A stretch of 64,000 bases of DNA. Source: a virus. Of the stretch, positions 58,315 through 64,000 are shown one piece after another. The stretch's first letter is position 1. Each line of letters begins with the position of its first letter. The DNA lies in IMG/VR virus record IMGVR_UViG_3300045911_000062, positions 1 through 64,000 of that record; one strand, 5' to 3'. A model generated the notes under the pieces. The model ran no database searches. It saw nothing but the letters and a program-made list of their open reading frames with translations, and was not told the origin of the DNA. The position numbers and the translations under genes were made by a program.

Positions 58315-59103
58315 TTAATTTGGTGGAATGTCCATATCATCAATATCATATAAAACTTTATATGGAGGATCTGACCTATTTACTTCTCTGACTTTTTCAT
58401 TGACATCTTCTGTATTTTTAATAGCTTCTAATCTTAACTTAACAGCCTTAATAAAATTAGTTTTAATATTTACGGGTGGAACTAAATAAAACCACACCAA
58501 AAAATTTAGATTAGTTACTATTATTCTTTTATCTGACAATTTTGGATAATTTGTATTAAACTCAATAGATTTTAATTGAACTTGAGTTATTCTCACAAAA
58601 TCGTGTATGTCATCGCTAGTTTGAATTTGTAAAGTTGGATCAAATATCATTAAAATTTGTTCTAATATTTGAAAATGTTCATGTTCATTACTAGTGTATA
58701 TGCTAAGTTCCATCATTCCATCATAAGGAACGGGAACCTGCTTATAAATTACTTTTAAATCGTCTGGTAGTGCTCCACCTCTTGGCAGATTAGTAGTACG
58801 CTCTTGAGCACCTATTCCCTTTAATCTTTCTGTTGCTAAATCAATACCAGCCATATTAACTGATATAACTGGTAAACTTAACGGCTTATTTTGCGTATTC
58901 TCTGATATAATTGCATCTACTATTCTACTAGAATTTCCATATCTAACTGGAACTTCTACAAAATCATTAGATGAATCAACATTTGAATTTTTTCCGACTT
59001 TTACTTTTAACCCGGAAAAAATTGCCATAAATTGAATTATATAACGCCTTAACTGTGCGTCATAAAAATAAGTATCCAAGTCTTTTTTAAAGTCATTATT
59101 CAT
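58315..59103 (-). CDS. Tail terminator / sheath stabilizer (gp15-like)
   Basis: YFYD-Q-RR---QF, VP--YG, P-PY---ELSIYT and QILEQI---F-P. Confidence 0.85.
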   Translation of the reverse strand: MNNDFKKDLDTYFYDAQLRRYIIQFMAIFSGLKVKVGKNSNVDSSNDFVEVPVRYGNSSRIVDAIISENTQNKPLSLPVISVNMAGIDLATERLKGIGAQERTTNLPRGGALPDDLKVIYKQVPVPYDGMMELSIYTSNEHEHFQILEQILMIFDPTLQIQTSDDIHDFVRITQVQLKSIEFNTNYPKLSDKRIIVTNLNFLVWFYLVPPVNIKTNFIKAVKLRLEAIKNTEDVNEKVREVNRSDPPYKVLYDIDDMDIPPN

Positions 59104-59116
59104 TATTTTAAAATTA

Positions 59117-59842
59117 TTATTTAGTTATTGTATTATTTATAATTATACCAAGCAAAATAGTCTCATTCCATACATGAGTAGAAATTGTTGCATAAAATTC
59201 TATATTAGATCTAATTATATGTTCAATATAATTAGCATAATCACCATCGTCTACTGAATCAGAATTGCTCAAGGATTTATTGACATATTGATTATCAGTT
59301 AAATCAAACCAAGAGATAGCATTCAATGCTTCCGGCAAACTACCACTTTCTGATAGTATAACACATAGTGTAATTCATGGTGTAATTGATGGTGTAATAG
59401 ATGGTGTAATTGATGGTGTAATAGATGGTGTAATAGATGGTGTAATAGATGGTGTAATAGATGGTGTAATAGATGGTGTAATAGATGGTGTAATAGATGG
59501 TGTAATAGATGGTGTAATAGATGGTGTAATAGATGGTGTAATAGATGGAGTATTACTGACTATTACAAATTGTTTTGAATTTTCAATAAAATATATGTTA
59601 AGAAGTCCAATAACATTATTTGAAAAATTAAAATTTATATATGTATCATTATATGTTATATTGTTAGGATATATTTGTTGGCCATTTATATCTAAAATAT
59701 TAAAATAAAAATTTGTTCCGTAATTTCTTACTGATACAGAATTACCATTAAACTTTATAGATCGCCATTTATCATTATCTGGTGCCTGACCAGAATGTAA
59801 TATTATATTTCCAGTTAGTATATCTAAAAAACAATTTGACAT
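59117..59842 (-). CDS. PSIT-repeat structural protein. One 242-codon frame is split by a single TGA (59375-59377) in the last repeat unit; the ORF track lists it as two ORFs
   Basis: CCA TGA ATT ACA versus repeat consensus CCA TCA ATT ACA. The frame continues without a stop into the 59117..59338 ORF. Confidence 0.7.
59369..59548 (-). repeat. 12-bp tandem array: (Pro-Ser-Ile-Thr)14 plus one stop-containing unit
   Basis: (CCATCWATTACA)n. Confidence 0.97.
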
Positions 59843-59927
59843 TCAATTTAATTTTTTTATTTACTTATTTATGCTATTGAAAATTCTTTTTAATTCATGC
59901 TTATTACTATAAATATTATTTTTATAA

Positions 59928-61784
59928 TCAAAATGATGATGGTGTTGGCGTTACATCTGGTGTAATTGTTGGGGTTGGTGTCGGTGTCAATGTAATATTT
60001 GGATCAATATCAATAGAGTTCAATTCACCAAATGCAATTGTTTGAATATCTTCATTAGATGGATCTATAAAATCGACTAAAGAAAAAGAAGAAATAGTAT
60101 TACCATCAAATTCAAATGCATAACCGTTTGAATTTAATGGGAAATAAATTCTATGACGACCTGAACGCCCGGAAACATGCATAGAAGATGCATATGATCC
60201 CATATCATATAGTGGATTAAAAAGTTCATTTCCTAAATGATCAGTCATAATAAATCCACTTGAATAAATTTGAAGGTTATAATCTGATGTGTCAACTAAA
60301 TATGTCACATAGCCTGTAATGGTATCCATTTTAACATCTAATAAATTTGAAATTGTATAAGAGTTATTTAATGATATGGTTCCAAAACTATCTACAGAAA
60401 AATAATTTCCAATATGATCTACACCTGTGTATACATATGCAAAAACAGTGTTATTATAATATTGAATATATTCTATTTCATCATCAAAAGTATATGTATC
60501 AACTAAAGTAAATGTATTTGTTATATTATCAAACGTGTATGTATGAAAACTATAATTTTCACATATTACATAATAATCTCCAACTTTACCTATATTTCTA
60601 CAATGCATATTTGTATTAGAAATTAAATTTAAATGATTATTTGTTATAGTAAATATTAACAAACCTGGAGGTGTTAAATTCTCTGGCGGTATTCCTTCCG
60701 TAAAACCCTGTCCCGCTGGCACGAATAGATATTCAGTTCCATCAATATAAGTAAATAAAACATCCCTAGTAAAAAGAAAACAAGAACCATTCCATGGATA
60801 TGGTTCTACTATTGCATCATAATATGAAGTTATAAACAATGAAGAACCATATCTAACCAACATTAAAATTGAATCATACCTGACCAAAACTGCATGATTA
60901 TTATGAATGGCGGATAGTATTGTATAAGTTTCAGTGTTAAAAACTAAATCTGGAAAATCATAATTATATGCAATTATATTTAAATCTGACATATCATACG
61001 ACACATATGAAGATGCATCGACGTTTGATTGTAACATAAATTCTTCTTCAACAACAAGTATTGGCGTATTTGATGGTGTAATAGATGGTGTAATAGATGG
61101 TGTAATAGATGGTGTAATAGATGGTGTAATAGATGGTGTAATAGATGGTGTAATTGATGGTGTAATTGATGGTGTAATTGATGGTGTAATTGATGGTGTA
61201 ATTGATGGTGTAATTGATGGTGTAATTGATGGTGTAATTGATGGTGTAATTGATGGTGTAATTGATGGTGTAATTGATGGTGTAATAGATGGTGTAATAG
61301 ATGGTGTAATTGATGGTGTAATTGATGGTGTAATTGATGGTGTAATTGATGGTGTAATAGATGGTGCTACATATTCTATATTAATGTAATCTTTTATGTC
61401 TACAAAAATTAAATTGGCATCCATAACAAAACCAACTTTTTGCATTATCCCTTTATTTGGTACAACAGTAGTTAATTCTCCGCTTTTACCTAAAAAAAGT
61501 GGAGTCATTGGGGGTGCAGAAAATATATTTTCACCAAAATCTATAACGCCAAATCTAATATATTTAATAAGTTCTTGTGGAGAAGAATTTTGTATTGCTA
61601 CTCCATGACATTCTAAAAAATTTGCTGTTGATGCCAATTTTACTAAATTATCACCATACGATACATTTACACAATAAAATTTTGGTATATATTCTATTGC
61701 AGACCCTTCGAGATGTTGACATTCAAATTTAGTGCTACGTAGATAATTATCTATAATTGATATTTTTTTATCTGGGTCAATCAT
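59928..61784 (-). CDS. Putative fibre protein: anchor module + (PSIT)24 stalk + beta-rich head + TP tail
   Basis: N-module shared with 791/25632, then the repeat, about 350 aa of aromatic beta-rich sequence and C-terminal TPTPTPTITPDVTPTP. CATAAATA at 61806-61813 (-). Confidence 0.65.
   Translation of the reverse strand: MIDPDKKISIIDNYLRSTKFECQHLEGSAIEYIPKFYCVNVSYGDNLVKLASTANFLECHGVAIQNSSPQELIKYIRFGVIDFGENIFSAPPMTPLFLGKSGELTTVVPNKGIMQKVGFVMDANLIFVDIKDYINIEYVAPSITPSITPSITPSITPSITPSITPSITPSITPSITPSITPSITPSITPSITPSITPSITPSITPSITPSITPSITPSITPSITPSITPSITPSITPSNTPILVVEEEFMLQSNVDASSYVSYDMSDLNIIAYNYDFPDLVFNTETYTILSAIHNNHAVLVRYDSILMLVRYGSSLFITSYYDAIVEPYPWNGSCFLFTRDVLFTYIDGTEYLFVPAGQGFTEGIPPENLTPPGLLIFTITNNHLNLISNTNMHCRNIGKVGDYYVICENYSFHTYTFDNITNTFTLVDTYTFDDEIEYIQYYNNTVFAYVYTGVDHIGNYFSVDSFGTISLNNSYTISNLLDVKMDTITGYVTYLVDTSDYNLQIYSSGFIMTDHLGNELFNPLYDMGSYASSMHVSGRSGRHRIYFPLNSNGYAFEFDGNTISSFSLVDFIDPSNEDIQTIAFGELNSIDIDPNITLTPTPTPTITPDVTPTPSSF
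61077..61364 (-). repeat. 12-bp tandem array encoding (Pro-Ser-Ile-Thr)24
   Basis: 288 bp of (CCATCWATTACA)n, the same unit as 59369-59548. Confidence 0.97.
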
Positions 61785-61808
61785 TTGAAAATCCAAAGAT
61801 GTTAGTAT

Positions 61809-64000
61809 TTATGACGGACATGATCCATTTTCAAAATTTTGTAATCTTATAACACCAATAGATGGAGAAGATACATTAATAGTAGACTGTAATGCTACCC
61901 ATGATGTTTTAAATATATCAGAATGATGTTTTTTATGCGTCATAGCTGCATGCAATAATTCAAAAAATATTTTATTGACTTCTTCTGTTGTAAAATTGTT
62001 ATATATTGCATACATAGTAGTTATAATATTACTTTCACTATTCAAATTATTATTTTTTAAAAACTCATTAATATCTACATTATTATACTTTATATTTGGG
62101 TCGTTTAACATGCTATTGACAATATATTTTGCTAATTCTCCATCCATAAATACCTGTTCTTCACCTAGACCATAACGAGTATCACTATTATAAATGTTGT
62201 CATAAACTGTCCTATTTAATGATGGTAATAATTTTGTTTCATCAACAGTTCCTGAAACAATTCTTTTTCCTATCATACTTTCTATGACTCTATCCCATAA
62301 AAACATATCTATTTTAGCTAATTGCTTTTCACGAATTAATTTCCATTCCCAATGTACATTTTTTAGATATAAAGGAGAATATAATGAATTTGGTGAAGGC
62401 AATTCGTCACGTAACGTAAAATCTCTTGTAAATCGTAGAGCATATCTAGAATCATCTTTTATCGTATTTTCTAACCCTTTAACTACCAATTGTGTATATC
62501 TATAAGGAAGTTCATATTCATCTTCATCATAAACAATACCATAAACTAAGCCATAACCGAACTCTGGCGTTCTCAACCCTTGCAATATCATATGTGGTTC
62601 TGGTATAAAACGTAATTGATTTTGAGCCTCTTTCAGATTTATTAAGGAGTCTCCAGTCAGAGCTATTTTATTCTCTTTATTTTTTACCCAAAAATAGTAA
62701 ACTTTATATTCTTTTTTGCTCAATGGATCTAGTTTAGTTACATAAGAATGTGGGTATACTTTTTTGTAAATTCCTCCAGCATCTAACTCATCTTGTGTAG
62801 GCATGCGCGCTTCAAATACAAGTGTCACAATATCTTGTGGTTTAGGTTTAGAAATTTGATTTTCCAATAATGCACCATAACAATAATCATGTAAAGAATA
62901 TAAATCTAAATCTAAAGTTCCTACATAAAAACCATTAATATATACTTTTGCATCCGTATGAATTAGATTTTCTACTATAGTATCTGGCTCTACTAATTTT
63001 ACTGTAAATTCGAATATTTCATCTTTATGTTCCACCCAAATTGGTGGCATTCCAGTTTCTTCTTCTATATTTCTATATATTTTATAATAAGCCTCACCTG
63101 TACGTTTATCATTCTGTAATAAATTTTTATTTTTCAAATCTTTAGCAACTGCTAATCCCCATTCTTCAGGATGAACCAAAGATTCTGTCCATTGATACAT
63201 AACTATTTCACCAAAATCGGCCATGCGCCCCCAATTAAAGATACGATAGTTAATATCTGGAAATATTTTAGAATCATAATATGGTATGTAATACATTTTA
63301 GACGTATCTAACCATACTATTCCCTCTTTATTCTTCAACCAAACAGTCTCATTGGCACTTGTATCCTCAAAATTATAAATGGCTTTATCATTGTCTGATT
63401 GTATATCTATCACGAAATTGGGTATATGATAATGATGACCTATAGCTGGGTGCCATATTGGTATTCTTTTCATCACCACATCAGATTTTTTATCTAATAA
63501 AGTAGCAGGATTTTGAGCATCATAATTATATGATAAAGTTGTTACTGTTATGTTAGTCTTTCCTGATATGTCATAAAATTCTATTGCACCTGTGTTTATT
63601 AAATTATAATCATACCCCTCAGATAATTGTTTATTAGTTTGTGTTTCACTGTCATAGTATGTAACTATTACTTTGTCGGATTTTAACGGTAACTTAAAAA
63701 TATATCTTCCATTTATTACTTTGATTGGAACTGTATTATTAAAATTAACTATGTTTATTTCATTTTTTGTAGTTTTAGCATATTTTGTATGTATTTCTAA
63801 TTCATTTTCTATATTATATGATATTGATGTTACTTGCACATCAAAGTAAAAAGAAGGTTTTGGTGATAGCATGTATAACTGATCTGGTTGATTCCACCAT
63901 CTGTGTAAATCTGTCAAACGAACAGGCTCAAATGTATCATTTAATGATCCACCATCTGGAGTTACAAATTCAACCCTCATTTCTTTTGTTGATGCATCTC
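61809..64000 (-). CDS. Large baseplate wedge-like virion protein (5' end truncated by the window edge)
   Basis: Frame is open beyond 63980. Motifs VWLDTS---Y-PY, WG, YQWTES---P-EW, YYFWVKNK, H-EW-LIRE and FKTSW. Confidence 0.65.
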   Translation of the reverse strand, partial: DASTKEMRVEFVTPDGGSLNDTFEPVRLTDLHRWWNQPDQLYMLSPKPSFYFDVQVTSISYNIENELEIHTKYAKTTKNEINIVNFNNTVPIKVINGRYIFKLPLKSDKVIVTYYDSETQTNKQLSEGYDYNLINTGAIEFYDISGKTNITVTTLSYNYDAQNPATLLDKKSDVVMKRIPIWHPAIGHHYHIPNFVIDIQSDNDKAIYNFEDTSANETVWLKNKEGIVWLDTSKMYYIPYYDSKIFPDINYRIFNWGRMADFGEIVMYQWTESLVHPEEWGLAVAKDLKNKNLLQNDKRTGEAYYKIYRNIEEETGMPPIWVEHKDEIFEFTVKLVEPDTIVENLIHTDAKVYINGFYVGTLDLDLYSLHDYCYGALLENQISKPKPQDIVTLVFEARMPTQDELDAGGIYKKVYPHSYVTKLDPLSKKEYKVYYFWVKNKENKIALTGDSLINLKEAQNQLRFIPEPHMILQGLRTPEFGYGLVYGIVYDEDEYELPYRYTQLVVKGLENTIKDDSRYALRFTRDFTLRDELPSPNSLYSPLYLKNVHWEWKLIREKQLAKIDMFLWDRVIESMIGKRIVSGTVDETKLLPSLNRTVYDNIYNSDTRYGLGEEQVFMDGELAKYIVNSMLNDPNIKYNNVDINEFLKNNNLNSESNIITTMYAIYNNFTTEEVNKIFFELLHAAMTHKKHHSDIFKTSWVALQSTINVSSPSIGVIRLQNFENGSCPS

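Noticed and set aside
59369-61364. Tandem arrays as a CRISPR array or replication iterons
   Set aside because: There are no spacers. The 12-bp unit is in frame, coding, and varies only at a synonymous position.
1534-62505. Numerous short antisense or nested ORFs in the track (for example 4645..4950, 22711..23085, 49661..50140)
   Set aside because: They are shadows of longer genes with recognisable motifs on the other strand or frame, with no RBS or motif support.
1-64000. Genome-wide stop-codon reassignment (TGA readthrough), suggested by in-frame TGAs at 2082 and 59375
   Set aside because: Core genes are intact in code 11, and many genes end in TGA with ATGA start/stop overlaps (for example 21979-21982 and 22545-22548). 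The two cases are local.

Overview
A 64-kb, very AT-rich, gene-dense segment of a T4-related jumbo myophage genome. Its class Ia RNR and tail-tip genes are consistent with a proteobacterial host. Core genes: tail sheath (gp18), tail tube (gp19), tube-like baseplate protein, gp15 tail terminator, gp4 head-completion nuclease, family B DNA polymerase, probable sliding clamp, RNase H, primase, DsbA, NrdA/NrdB, glutaredoxin and ThyA. Accessory genes: ClpP, a MoxR AAA+/vWA pair, macrodomain, NUDIX, an RlaP-type nucleotidyltransferase, a HAD nucleotidase and two free-standing endonuclease genes. T4-type late promoter cores (ATAAATA) precede most structural genes. The most striking feature is about 15 kb (roughly a quarter of the window) of glycan-building genes in three islands. 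They include a tandem double GT60-type polypeptide HexNAc-transferase, two GT-D domains, two Maf/sialyltransferase-like enzymes, two pyruvyltransferases, HtrL-like proteins, methyltransferases and a DegT aminotransferase, several behind late promoters. At least four putative virion proteins carry mucin-like Pro/Thr/Ser tracts: (PSIT)24, (PSIT)14-15 and (PT)n. Together these suggest a phage-encoded mucin-type O-glycosylation system that builds a glycan coat on virion fibres. This is an inference and has not been demonstrated. All product calls come from motif recognition by eye; no database searches were run. No tRNA, rRNA, CRISPR array, intron or intein was recognised.
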